A stretch of 48,080 bases of DNA from Chitinophagaceae bacterium (GCA_017882215.1 JADGPX010000001.1:1-48080); one strand, 5' to 3'. Numbered from the stretch's first letter, positions 11,007 to 20,561 are shown. Notes: generated by a model not told the origin, from the letters alone. Numbers and translations: made by a program.

Positions 11007-11243
11007 CTCCCGAAGGGGGAACTTAGGTTGTGAGATTATTCTTTGTCAGAAAAATTCTTTATTCCGAAAGTTTTTAATGCAACTTTAAATTGCCGGGCAT
11101 AGCAGTAATGATGATATGGAAGATTTGATGATTGAATTTATTCTGAAGTACCGTCCCTCAAAATAAAATTCTGGCAACTTTCCTTCTCCTTTAGGAGAAG
11201 GTGCCCGTAGGGGGATGAGGTAGAGAGGGATAAGAGGGTGAGG
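10999..11243. repeat. Facing family B hairpin repeats downstream of porX
   Basis: CTCCCTGACTCCCGAAGGGGGA (10999-11020) and CCTTCTCCTTTAGGAGAAGG-TGCCCGTAGGGGGATGAGG...GAGGGTGAGG (11182-11243). Confidence 0.7.
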
Positions 11244-11371
11244 CTTATTGACAAGTAAAGTCTGAACCATGATTTATGGGGTTACCGGATTTATGGGAAA
11301 ACATAATCCAGTGTTTGTAAATTTTGTTACATTTTTTATTTTAAATTAAATAAACCCGTAAGGTTTTGGGT

Positions 11372-11638
11372 ATGAAGTACAATCAATCAACATTAAACAG
11401 GCTTGAAAAAATTTTAGAAGAAGCAGGGTATGTTGTCCGCTATGAAAGAGGTTCATTCAAAAGTGGCTATTGTATTTTAGAAGAAAAGAAAGTAGTAGTA
11501 CTTAATAAATTTTTAAACACTGATGGAAAAATAAATACGCTTATTGATCTTATGCCGGCATTACAGGTTACTTATGAATTGCTCACTATTGATTCCCAAA
11601 AAATGTATGTTGAAGTAATGCAGAAACATGAAGCGTGA
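11372..11638 (+). CDS. Conserved hypothetical protein (Bacteroidota)
   Basis: YVVRYERGSFKSGYCILEEKKVVVLNKF, a motif typical of a small Bacteroidota family. Confidence 0.7.
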   Translation: MKYNQSTLNRLEKILEEAGYVVRYERGSFKSGYCILEEKKVVVLNKFLNTDGKINTLIDLMPALQVTYELLTIDSQKMYVEVMQKHEA

Positions 11639-11731
11639 ATTGTCAATCGTCAATAGGTCATTAGTCATTCTGTTTTTTATTGTCTATTGTCTATTGCCTA
11701 TTATCTATTATTCTACTTATTACTATTCACG
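11634..11731. repeat. Inverted pair of 7-nt tandem arrays (family C)
   Basis: CGTGAAT TGTCAAT CGTCAAT...AGTCATT, then ATTGTCT ATTGTCT ATTGCCT ATTATCT...ATTCACG; overlaps the upstream stop codon. Confidence 0.75.
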
Positions 11732-11758
11732 TTTGCAAAAGTTATTTAGCTTTGGCAG

Positions 11759-12535
11759 GTGAGCTATCCAGATTTAAAGATCACTTTTCTTGGTACCGGT
11801 ACCAGCAGTGGAGTACCTATGATAGGCTGCAATTGCGAGGTTTGTATATCTCCTGATAAAAAAGACAAGCGTTTACGCAGCAGTATTTTAGTGCAAAGCA
11901 AAACAACTACATTGGTGGTTGATACAACTCCTGACTTTCGTTATCAAATGCTACGTGCTGATGTAAAGCATTTGGATGCAGTGGTTTTTACTCATCCGCA
12001 TAAAGACCATATTGCAGGGCTTGATGATATAAGGGCTTATAACTTTTTTTTAAATAAGCCAATGGAAATTTTTGCCAATGCCTTAACCGAAGAAGCATTA
12101 AGAAGAGAGTTTGTTTATGTGTTTGCTGAAAATAAGTATCCCGGTATTCCTAAATTAAATATGAATACAATTGCAACCGAGCCATTTATGGTAGGCGATA
12201 TACCAATAATTCCAATTGTTGTTTATCATTTAAAAATGCCTGTGTTGGGTTTCAGGTTTGGAAAGTTTACTTATATAACAGATGCAAACAGGATTGATGA
12301 AAATGAGAAACAGAAAATTAAAGGCAGCGAAGTAATTGTATTAAATGTATTGCGAAAAGAAAAACATATTTCTCATTTTACTTTGGACGAAGCAGTGACA
12401 TTGGTAAAGGAGTTAAAAATCCCTAAGGCATATTTTACGCATATAAGCCACCAGCTTGGCAAACACGAAGATATAAATAATGAATTGCCGCTGAATATGC
12501 AACTGGCATGGGATGGATTGGTGTTACATTTATAA
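11759..12535 (+). CDS. PhnP-like MBL-fold metallo-hydrolase
   Basis: FLGTGTSSGVPMIGCNCEVC, DTTPDFR, THPHKDH, YITD, SHF, THISH. Confidence 0.9.
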   Translation: MSYPDLKITFLGTGTSSGVPMIGCNCEVCISPDKKDKRLRSSILVQSKTTTLVVDTTPDFRYQMLRADVKHLDAVVFTHPHKDHIAGLDDIRAYNFFLNKPMEIFANALTEEALRREFVYVFAENKYPGIPKLNMNTIATEPFMVGDIPIIPIVVYHLKMPVLGFRFGKFTYITDANRIDENEKQKIKGSEVIVLNVLRKEKHISHFTLDEAVTLVKELKIPKAYFTHISHQLGKHEDINNELPLNMQLAWDGLVLHL

Positions 12536-12767
12536 ACTTTTTAAAGTTTACCTAAAACCAAACTTTTTTAGGGTAAAAATTCCGGGTGATTTCACCCTCC
12601 TATATAAAGTTCTGATAATGAATAGTTTCACCTCAATTTTTAATCATTTTAGGTACAAAATCAAGTGTAAATTCAATGATTTTATCGGGTTTACCCGCAG
12701 TTTTTACTCCCTAAAATAGGGTGTTTTACCCGTTGTTTGGCACAATGAGAGATGCTACTTTTCCAGT

Positions 12768-13733
12768 ATGTGGAAACAATTTCTTCATGAGTATCTAAGT
12801 TTTACCAAAAAAGAAAGAACAGGAATTTTTATTCTTCTTGCATTGATAATTCTCTGCTTACTTCTTCCATTTTTATATCCCTATTTCATTCACCATAAAA
12901 CTTATGATCACTCACAATTTGATAAAGAAATTTCCCAATTAAAAATTCAGCATACTGATAGTCTAACTGATAAAAAATATTATAATAAAAATTTTGATGA
13001 AAATAATTATACCAATTATTATGAGCCATCTGAAAAAAATTATTATACAAAACCAAAAGGAGAGGTATTTTATTTTGATCCCAACACAGCTTCTGCAAGC
13101 GATTGGAAGCGATTAGGTATAAGGGATAAAACTATTGAAACAATTCAAAAATATTTATCCAGGAGCGGCCATTTTTATAAGCCTGAAGATATTAGCAAAA
13201 TATGGGGATTGCATAAAGATGATATTGAACGCTTATTGCCTTACGTTAGAATTGAAAATATCAAAAAGGAATATGCTAACAATGAACCATCTAATTTTCA
13301 AAACAATAATCCTACATATAAAAAACCATCTCCTCAAATCATAGATATTAATACATCAGACACAACTGCGTTTATTTCCCTGCCTGGTATTGGCAGTAAG
13401 CTTGCTCAACGCATCATAGCATTCCGTGATAAGCTTGGAGGATTTTATTCAGTTGATCAGATCAAAGAAACTTACGGCTTGCCCGATTCTACCTTTATCA
13501 AAATAAAACCAAAGCTTATTCTTACAAACCCCGGCGTAAAACAAATAAATATTAATACTGCTACGCTTGATGAAATGAAATCACATCCTTATATCAGGTT
13601 CAATCTTGCCAATGCAATCATGCAATACAGAACTCAGCATGGAGATTTTTCTTCTGTTGCTGATATAAAAAAAATAATGATTGTTATTGATGAGGTTTTT
13701 AATAAGGTGTCTCCATATCTTATAGTAAACTAA
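12768..13733 (+). CDS. comEA: ComEA-like helix-hairpin-helix DNA-binding protein
   Basis: N-terminal TM segment; repeated HhH units (FDPNTA, IDINTSD..LPGIG..LAQRII, ININTAT). Confidence 0.8.
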   Translation: MWKQFLHEYLSFTKKERTGIFILLALIILCLLLPFLYPYFIHHKTYDHSQFDKEISQLKIQHTDSLTDKKYYNKNFDENNYTNYYEPSEKNYYTKPKGEVFYFDPNTASASDWKRLGIRDKTIETIQKYLSRSGHFYKPEDISKIWGLHKDDIERLLPYVRIENIKKEYANNEPSNFQNNNPTYKKPSPQIIDINTSDTTAFISLPGIGSKLAQRIIAFRDKLGGFYSVDQIKETYGLPDSTFIKIKPKLILTNPGVKQININTATLDEMKSHPYIRFNLANAIMQYRTQHGDFSSVADIKKIMIVIDEVFNKVSPYLIVN

Positions 13734-13805
13734 TAAAATTTTTATGGATCAATTTCACAGGTTATGCCAATCTGGTTATCTTGCAAGATTATATAATATT
13801 TATTT

Positions 13806-14945
13806 ATGGATTTTAAAAGAACTGAACTTACAGAGCAGGTTGCACAAACAGCCAGGGATTTTGCATTGCAAAATATTAAGCCGCACGTAATGGAATGGGA
13901 TGAAACGCAGACGTTCCCTGTTGAGGTTTTTAAACAATTGGGAAAGCTTGGTTTAATGGGAGTACTTGTGCCTGAAAAATATGGTGGCGCCGGACTTGGT
14001 TATTTTGAGTACAGCGAAATAATACAGGAAATTGCAAAAGTTTGCGGTTCAATCGGGCTTTCTGTGGCTGCACATAATTCATTATGTATAGGTCATATTT
14101 TATCATTTGGAAGTGAAGAACAAAAAAATAAATATCTCCCAAAACTGGCTACAGCAGAGCATATTGGCGCATGGGGGTTAACTGAAGCAAACACCGGAAG
14201 TGATGCAGGAAATATGAAATGCACTGCTGTGAAAGATGGCGATGACTGGATTATAAACGGTACAAAATGCTGGATAACCCATGGTAACAGCAGCGATGTT
14301 GCTGTTGTAATTTGCAGAACCGGCGAACCAAGAACAAGAAATAATTCAACGGCATTTGTTATTGAACGTGGCACATCGGGATTCAGTGCAGGCAAAAAGG
14401 AAAATAAACTTGGGATGAGAGCAAGTGAGACAACTGAAATGATCTTTGATAATTGTCGCATTCCTGATGAAAATCGTTTAGGAGAAATTGGGGAAGGATT
14501 TAAGCAGGCAATGAAAGTGTTGGATGGGGGAAGAATATCAATTGCGGCGTTATCAGTGGGTATAGCAAAGGGCGCCTACGAAGCATCAGTGCAATATTCA
14601 AAAGAAAGGCACCAGTTTGATCAACCAATTGCCAACTTTCAGGGAATTTCTTTTAAGCTTGCTGATATGGCTACTGAAATAAGGGCAGCAGAACTTTTGA
14701 TTGCACAATGCTGCGACAAAAAAATGCGTGGTGAAAATATTACCAAAGAGTCTGCTATGGCAAAATATTATGCCAGCGAAATTGCTGTAAAAGTTTCTAC
14801 AGATGCGGTTCAGATATTTGGTGGTTATGGTTATACAAAAGATTTTCCGGTAGAAAAATTTTACCGTGACAGTAAGCTTTGCACTATTGGTGAAGGCACA
14901 AGTGAAATACAAAAAATTATTATAGCAAGAGAAGTATTAAAGTGA
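13806..14945 (+). CDS. Acyl-CoA dehydrogenase
   Basis: WGLTEANTGSDA, NGTKCWIT, KLGMRAS, QIFGGYGY, IGEGTSEIQ. Confidence 0.95.
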   Translation: MDFKRTELTEQVAQTARDFALQNIKPHVMEWDETQTFPVEVFKQLGKLGLMGVLVPEKYGGAGLGYFEYSEIIQEIAKVCGSIGLSVAAHNSLCIGHILSFGSEEQKNKYLPKLATAEHIGAWGLTEANTGSDAGNMKCTAVKDGDDWIINGTKCWITHGNSSDVAVVICRTGEPRTRNNSTAFVIERGTSGFSAGKKENKLGMRASETTEMIFDNCRIPDENRLGEIGEGFKQAMKVLDGGRISIAALSVGIAKGAYEASVQYSKERHQFDQPIANFQGISFKLADMATEIRAAELLIAQCCDKKMRGENITKESAMAKYYASEIAVKVSTDAVQIFGGYGYTKDFPVEKFYRDSKLCTIGEGTSEIQKIIIAREVLK

Positions 14946-14988
14946 GATCCAATACTTCTTATTTTTTTATTTACTAATTACTTATCAC

Positions 14989-17226
14989 TCACTCCGTATC
15001 ATACCTGTCTACACTTTCAATACCTGGTAATTTTTTTACCTGCTCTACAAGTTCTTCCAATTCATCTTTATCATGCACATACACTTTAATATTGCCTTCA
15101 AACAAGCCATCTTTTGCTTCAAGAGTAAGAGCGTTAATATTGATCTTTAATTCTCCGCTTATCAAATTGGTTATTTTATTTATCACACCAACATCGTCAA
15201 GCCCAATAATTTTTATGCCGGTAAGAAAAGAAATTTCCTTATTCTTTACCCACTTTGTTTTTACTACACGATGTCCGTAGTTAGATAATAATCTTGTGGC
15301 ATTCGGACAATTAGTGCGGTGTATTTTTAAGCCTTCACTCTGTGTAATAAATCCAAATACATCATCGCCTGGGATTGGCTTGCAGCAGTTAGCTAAGGTG
15401 TACATTATTTTATCACTGCTTTCTCCAAAAATGATAAGCTCTGCATCTTTTTGTAAAGTTTTTTTCGCTTCCATTTTCTCCTTATCCTCCCCCTTCGGGG
15501 GAGATAGAGGGGGCTTTGGTGCAATAAGCTTTTCTCCTGCTACTGTAAATTCTTTTAGCTCTTTCAGATCAATTTTCTTTACAGCAATTTCATATAGAAG
15601 ATCAAGAGGAGATGCCAGTTTATAAAAGTTTGCAAGCTCTTCCATATTAGGATAACTCATCGCTGCTCCTATTCCATCAAGTTTACGCTGTAATATATAT
15701 TTGCCTTCTTCTGCAATTGTTCTTTTTTCTTCTTTTAAAGAATCTTTTATTTTAGATTTTGCTTTTGTGGTAACTACAAAATTCAGCCATTCGCTGTTTG
15801 GTTTTTGTTTAGCAGAAGTAATAATTTCAATCTGGTCTCCACTGCGTAATTTATGCCCGATGGGTACCAGCTTATGATTCACTTTTGCGCCAATACATTT
15901 AACTCCCACATCTGTATGCACTGCAAAAGCAAAGTCCAGCGCCGATGCGCCAATAGGCAACATTTTTACATCTCCTTTTGGAGTATATACATAAATTTCT
16001 TCTGCTAAAAAAGAGAGTTTAAAATCCTGTAAAAAATCAATTGAGTTGGTATCCTGGTTGGCAAGCACTTCTCTTATCTGGTGAAACCAAATGTCAAACC
16101 TGTTTTCATCGTTAGTACCCTCTTTATATTTCCAATGTGCAGCTAATCCTTTTTCAGCAATATCATTCATTCGTTTGGTGCGAATTTGTACTTCAACCCA
16201 TTTACCATTGGAGCCCATAACTGTTGTATGCAAGGCTTCATAACCATTGCTTTTAGGATTGCTAAGCCAGTCTCTTAAACGTTCCGGTGCCGGAGTATAT
16301 TCATCTGTTATTATGCTGTATACTTTCCAGCAATCTTCTTTTTCTTTTTCTGGCGGTGAATTTAAAATAACACGAATGGCAAACAGGTCGTACACTTCTT
16401 CAAAGGCAACACCTTTCTTTTTCATTTTAGTCCAAATGGAATGAATGCTTTTTGGTCTTCCATATATTTCAAAATCAAATTCGCCCTGTTCTAATTTTTC
16501 TTTAATTGGTCTGATGAAATCATTAATGTAACGGGTACGTTCTCTTTTGGTATCATGAAGTTTTTGAGCAAGATATTTATAACTATCAGGCTCCATATAT
16601 TTCATTGCCAGGTCTTCCATTTCTGTTTTAATATTGTAAAGACCCATGCGGTGGGCAAGCGGAGCATATACATAAACCGTTTCGGAAGAAATTTTTAATT
16701 GCTTTTCTCTCTTCATGCTATCGAGCGTACGCATGTTGTGTAAGCGGTCAGCAAGCTTTATCAAAATAACCCTGGGATCGTCAGTAAGCGTTAATAATAT
16801 CTTTTTAAAATTTTCTGCCTGCTTCGAAGTATCGGTATCAAGAACGTTTGATATTTTAGTAAGACCGTCTACAATCTTTGCTATTTCGCCGCCAAATTCC
16901 CTTTGTATATCCTCTAAAGAAATATCAGTATCCTCAACTGTGTCGTGCAGCAATGCACAAATAGTACTTCTTACGCCCAAACCAATTTCTTCCACGCAGA
17001 TCATAGCAACAGCAAGCGGATGCAAAATATACGGCTCGCCGCTTTTGCGCCGCATGGTTTTATGAGCCTCCACCGCCATTTCAAAAGCGGTCCGGATCAT
17101 TTCTTTATCCCCCGGCTTTAATTTAGTTTTTAAAGAACGCAGCAATGCCCGGTAATGACGAAGAATTTCCTTTCTTTCCTGTTCTTCGTTTAAATTATAT
17201 TTCGGTATTTCTACTGCAACTTCCAT
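14989..17226 (-). CDS. relA/spoT: (p)ppGpp synthetase/hydrolase (RSH)
   Basis: HD domain (LLHDTVEDT), synthetase (GRPKSIHSI, PKSNGYEALHT, EVQIRT), TGS, CCKPIPGD, ACT. Confidence 0.95.
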   Translation of the reverse strand: MEVAVEIPKYNLNEEQERKEILRHYRALLRSLKTKLKPGDKEMIRTAFEMAVEAHKTMRRKSGEPYILHPLAVAMICVEEIGLGVRSTICALLHDTVEDTDISLEDIQREFGGEIAKIVDGLTKISNVLDTDTSKQAENFKKILLTLTDDPRVILIKLADRLHNMRTLDSMKREKQLKISSETVYVYAPLAHRMGLYNIKTEMEDLAMKYMEPDSYKYLAQKLHDTKRERTRYINDFIRPIKEKLEQGEFDFEIYGRPKSIHSIWTKMKKKGVAFEEVYDLFAIRVILNSPPEKEKEDCWKVYSIITDEYTPAPERLRDWLSNPKSNGYEALHTTVMGSNGKWVEVQIRTKRMNDIAEKGLAAHWKYKEGTNDENRFDIWFHQIREVLANQDTNSIDFLQDFKLSFLAEEIYVYTPKGDVKMLPIGASALDFAFAVHTDVGVKCIGAKVNHKLVPIGHKLRSGDQIEIITSAKQKPNSEWLNFVVTTKAKSKIKDSLKEEKRTIAEEGKYILQRKLDGIGAAMSYPNMEELANFYKLASPLDLLYEIAVKKIDLKELKEFTVAGEKLIAPKPPLSPPKGEDKEKMEAKKTLQKDAELIIFGESSDKIMYTLANCCKPIPGDDVFGFITQSEGLKIHRTNCPNATRLLSNYGHRVVKTKWVKNKEISFLTGIKIIGLDDVGVINKITNLISGELKININALTLEAKDGLFEGNIKVYVHDKDELEELVEQVKKLPGIESVDRYDTE
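15487..15514. repeat. Family B hairpin inside the relA coding sequence
   Basis: CTCCCCC-TTC-GGGGGAG-ATAGAGGGGGC; read as PPLSPPKGE on the minus strand. Confidence 0.75.
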
Positions 17227-17371
17227 TAATAACGAATTTACGAAAAATTGGGGAGGGCTTTAGATTAACAATGTGTGAAGAATTTACAAATAATTATTTT
17301 GAAGGTTTATTTAATCCTTTTCCGGCATGTTTTTCTTTCCATCAAATCCATTACTTTTGCAGCCCTTAAAA

Positions 17372-17453
17372 GCCCATGTGGTGAAATTGGCAGACACGTC
17401 AGACTTAGGATCTGATGCCGCAAGGTATGGGGGTTCGAGTCCCTCCATGGGCA
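17372..17453 (+). tRNA. tRNA-Leu (anticodon TAG)
   Basis: Acceptor GCCCATG/CATGGGC-A, D arm TGG, anticodon stem TCAGA-CTTAGGA-TCTGA, long variable arm, GGTTCGAGTCC; TACTTTTG promoter at 17352-17359. Confidence 0.95.
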
Positions 17454-17463
17454 CATCGCCAAA

Positions 17464-17540
17464 AGTCATTGGTCAATAAGTCAATAGGTCATTAAATTAA
17501 TAATATCAACCATTGACTTAATGACTATTGACCAATGACT
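17464..17540. repeat. Inverted 7/8-nt tandem arrays forming a 15-bp perfect inverted repeat (family C)
   Basis: AGTCATTGGTCAATA (17464-17478) / TATTGACCAATGACT (17526-17540). Confidence 0.8.
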
Positions 17541-17565
17541 CAAATAAAACAAGAATACAATAATT

Positions 17566-18927
17566 ATGGCAACGGTTACAAGAGAGAATATTGGTTTATT
17601 ACATGATAAATTAACGGTTAAAATAACTAAGGAAGATTATTATCCTTCGTTTGAAAAATCAATTAAAGAATACAGTAAAAAAGCAAACATACCCGGTTTT
17701 AGAAAGGGTATGGTTCCAACAGGGATGGTGAAAAAAATGTATGGCGCTTCTGTGTTTTATGATGCAGTTATTAAGGAGGTTGAAAAAGAAATTCAGAAAT
17801 ATCTTGCTACAGAAAAACCTGATTTTTTTGCGCAGCCTTTGCCAATGAGCAGCGATCTCCGCAACCTGGATATGAACAATCCTGCTGATTATGAATTCCC
17901 GTTTGAAATTGGTTTAAAGCCACAAATAGATGTTGATTTTTTAAAAGCTAAACTTACACTCCACAAAGTGAAAGTGTCAGATGAAATGATCAATGAAGAA
18001 ATAGAACGGTTACAAAATCGTCATGGCAAAATGCTTGAGCCGGAAACTGTTACCTCAGAAGACAATGTGCTTAATGTAAATTTTGTGGAAGCTGACGCAG
18101 AAGGAAATCCAGTGCAGGGTGGCATTTCAAAAGATAATTCTTTATTGGTTAAATATTTTACTCCTGCCTTTCGTGAACAATTAATGGGTAAAAAGGAAGA
18201 TGACAGCATTGTTCTGCAATTAAATAATGCATTTGAGGAGAAAGAAAGAGAATGGATCACAGGTGATTTAGGATTAAATAAAGATGATGCATCTGCAGGT
18301 GATAAACATTTTAAATTGACCATCACCAAAGTAGGGTTAGTTGAAAAAAGAGAATTGAATGAAGAATTTTTTAAAGAAGTTTTTCCGGGTAAAGAAATAA
18401 AAACAGAAGAGGAATTCAGGGACGAATTAAAACAGGAAATTCAAAAGCATTGGGATGCACAAAGCCGCTTGCAATTCCACGATCAGATTTATCATAATCT
18501 GTTAGATACTCCAATACAATTTCCCGAAAATTTTTTAAAAAGATGGCTGCAAAGAGGTGGAGAAAAAGAAAAATCTTCGGAAGAAGTTGAGGCAGAGTTC
18601 CCATCATTTACCAATCAATTAAAGTGGACGCTGATCAGCGATAAAATAATTAAAGAAAATAATTTAGAAGTAACGCAGGAAGAGTTGAGAGAAAATATGG
18701 AGAAAGAAATTCTGCAATACTTCGGGCAAATGAAAATGGACGGAGATACAAGCTGGATAGAAAGCTATATTGACAGGATGATGAAAGATAAAAAGCAGGT
18801 TGACAGCAGTTATAGAAGACTTATCACCGACAAATTATTTACATGGGCAGAAGGACAGGTAAAGCCAGAGGAGAAAGAAGTTTCTGCAGAAGAACTAACT
18901 GCCATGCAACACAACCACCATCATTAA
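17566..18927 (+). CDS. tig: Trigger factor
   Basis: IPGFRKGMVP ribosome-binding motif; tRNA-Leu-tig-clpP-clpX synteny. Confidence 0.95.
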   Translation: MATVTRENIGLLHDKLTVKITKEDYYPSFEKSIKEYSKKANIPGFRKGMVPTGMVKKMYGASVFYDAVIKEVEKEIQKYLATEKPDFFAQPLPMSSDLRNLDMNNPADYEFPFEIGLKPQIDVDFLKAKLTLHKVKVSDEMINEEIERLQNRHGKMLEPETVTSEDNVLNVNFVEADAEGNPVQGGISKDNSLLVKYFTPAFREQLMGKKEDDSIVLQLNNAFEEKEREWITGDLGLNKDDASAGDKHFKLTITKVGLVEKRELNEEFFKEVFPGKEIKTEEEFRDELKQEIQKHWDAQSRLQFHDQIYHNLLDTPIQFPENFLKRWLQRGGEKEKSSEEVEAEFPSFTNQLKWTLISDKIIKENNLEVTQEELRENMEKEILQYFGQMKMDGDTSWIESYIDRMMKDKKQVDSSYRRLITDKLFTWAEGQVKPEEKEVSAEELTAMQHNHHH

Positions 18928-18930
18928 AAC

Positions 18931-19046
18931 TGTCAGTTGTGAGTTGTGAGTTGTCAGCCTGCCTGTCCGGTAGGCAGGTAATCAATAAGCCATTTAGTCA
19001 TTAAATCATTATATATTTATTTGTATACCCCTTTAGGGGATAGGGG
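18931..19046. repeat. Composite repeat locus: TGTSAGT heptamers, a 21-nt palindromic element (18958-18978), octamers and a family B hairpin (19028-19046)
   Basis: TGTCAGT TGTGAGT TGTGAGT TGTCAG[CCTGCCTGTCCGGTAGGCAGG]T...CCCCTTTAGGGGATAGGGG. Confidence 0.85.
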
Positions 19047-19100
19047 TACAATATTTGGGAACTTCAATTCAATATAAATTTCTTCTACTAAATTATACAT

Positions 19101-19799
19101 ATGAACCAGGGAAAAGAATTTGAAAAATTCGCCATAAAACATCAGGGTATCAGCAGCCATACTTTGCATGATTACATCCAACATAATGTAACCAATCTTA
19201 CTCCGAATATCATTGAAGAAAGACCAATGAACATTGCTGTAATGGATGTTTACAGCCGTTTGATGATGGACAGAATAATTTTTTTGGGGTATCCTGTATC
19301 TGATGAGGTTGCAAATATTATTACAGCCCAGCTATTATTTTTAGAAAGTACTGACCGCACAAGAGATATTCAGCTCTATATAAATTCTCCCGGTGGCAGT
19401 GTATATGCAGGCCTTGGCTTGTATGACACAATGCAATTTGTAAGTCCGGATATTGCTACTATTTGTACAGGTATGGCAGCAAGTATGGCAGCAGTTTTAA
19501 TGGCTGCAGGCGCACCGGGAAAACGTACTGCATTAAAACATGCACGTATCATGATGCATCAGCCAAGTGCCGGTGCAATGGGGCAGGCAAGTGATGTGGA
19601 GATAACCGTAAATGAAGTAAGAAAAGTAAAGCAGGAATTATATGAAGTACTTTCAACTCATACAGGGCAAACCGTAGAAAAAGTTGCTAAAGACTGCAAC
19701 CGTGATTACTGGATGACAGCTCCGGAAGCAAAAGATTATGGTTTGGTAGATGAAGTTTTATTGATCAATTCAAAAAAAGAAAAAAAATTAAAGCCTTAA
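19101..19799 (+). CDS. clpP: ATP-dependent Clp protease proteolytic subunit
   Basis: [38 protein letters not shown]. Confidence 0.95.
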   Translation: MNQGKEFEKFAIKHQGISSHTLHDYIQHNVTNLTPNIIEERPMNIAVMDVYSRLMMDRIIFLGYPVSDEVANIITAQLLFLESTDRTRDIQLYINSPGGSVYAGLGLYDTMQFVSPDIATICTGMAASMAAVLMAAGAPGKRTALKHARIMMHQPSAGAMGQASDVEITVNEVRKVKQELYEVLSTHTGQTVEKVAKDCNRDYWMTAPEAKDYGLVDEVLLINSKKEKKLKP

Positions 19800-19801
19800 G
19801 T

Positions 19802-20428
19802 ATGAATTTTTATAATAAACAATTTATAAGATTGGAAGAAGAAGAAGAAGAGCCAAAAGAGATTCCGGAAAATCCTATGGAGAAAATGATGGGAGGGATG
19901 ATGTTTGATAAAAAATTTATTGAGCAGAGAAAAATCTTTTTATGGGGAGTTGTGGATGATAAAAGCGCCAAAGATATTACGAACCGTCTTTTATATTTAG
20001 AAGCTACCGACCCCGGAAAAGAGATAACATTCTATATTAATTCACCTGGTGGTGTAATTACAAGCGGTATGGTAATTTATGATACCATGAAAATGATCTC
20101 TTCTCCTGTAAGTACTGTATGCATGGGCATAGCAGCAAGTATGGGAAGTATTTTATTAAGTGGCGGCGAAAAAGGAAAGCGATTTATTTATCCTCATGGA
20201 GAAGTAATGATACACCAGCCAAGCGGCGGCGGACAAGGCACTAGTGCCGACCTGGAAATAATGGCTATACAAATTTTAAAAGCAAAACAATTAGGCGCAA
20301 GAATATTGGCAGAAAATTGCGGACAATCTTACGATAAAGTGATGGAAGATTTTGATCGTGATTACTGGATGGATGCAAATGAGAGTATGACCTACGGCAT
20401 TGTAGATGGAATAATGGATAAATTCTAA
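19802..20428 (+). CDS. clpP: Second, divergent Clp protease proteolytic subunit
   Basis: YINSPGG, AASMGS, VMIHQP, RDYW; catalytic triad intact. Confidence 0.9.
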   Translation: MNFYNKQFIRLEEEEEEPKEIPENPMEKMMGGMMFDKKFIEQRKIFLWGVVDDKSAKDITNRLLYLEATDPGKEITFYINSPGGVITSGMVIYDTMKMISSPVSTVCMGIAASMGSILLSGGEKGKRFIYPHGEVMIHQPSGGGQGTSADLEIMAIQILKAKQLGARILAENCGQSYDKVMEDFDRDYWMDANESMTYGIVDGIMDKF

Positions 20429-20430
20429 AA

Positions 20431-20558
20431 CCCCAACCCCTAATGAGAAATTCGGGAAGCATCGTTATAAGTTAAAATCTTGTCTCTCCTTTGTACCAGA
20501 GCAAACCATTTCGTATTTTTACAATCTTTTAAAAAATAAATTCCTTTAGGGGATAGGG
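20431..20558. repeat. Facing degenerate family B copies bracketing the clpP2-clpX spacer
   Basis: CCCCAACCCCTAA (20431) and TTCCTTTAGGGGATAGGG (20541-20558). Confidence 0.6.
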
Positions 20559-20561
20559 TTT

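Noticed and set aside
11089-11166. Protein-like stretch IAGHSSNDDMEDLMIEFILKYRPSK* between family B repeats
   Set aside because: No start codon upstream of the stretch and no family I can recognise; it may be a remnant but cannot be supported.
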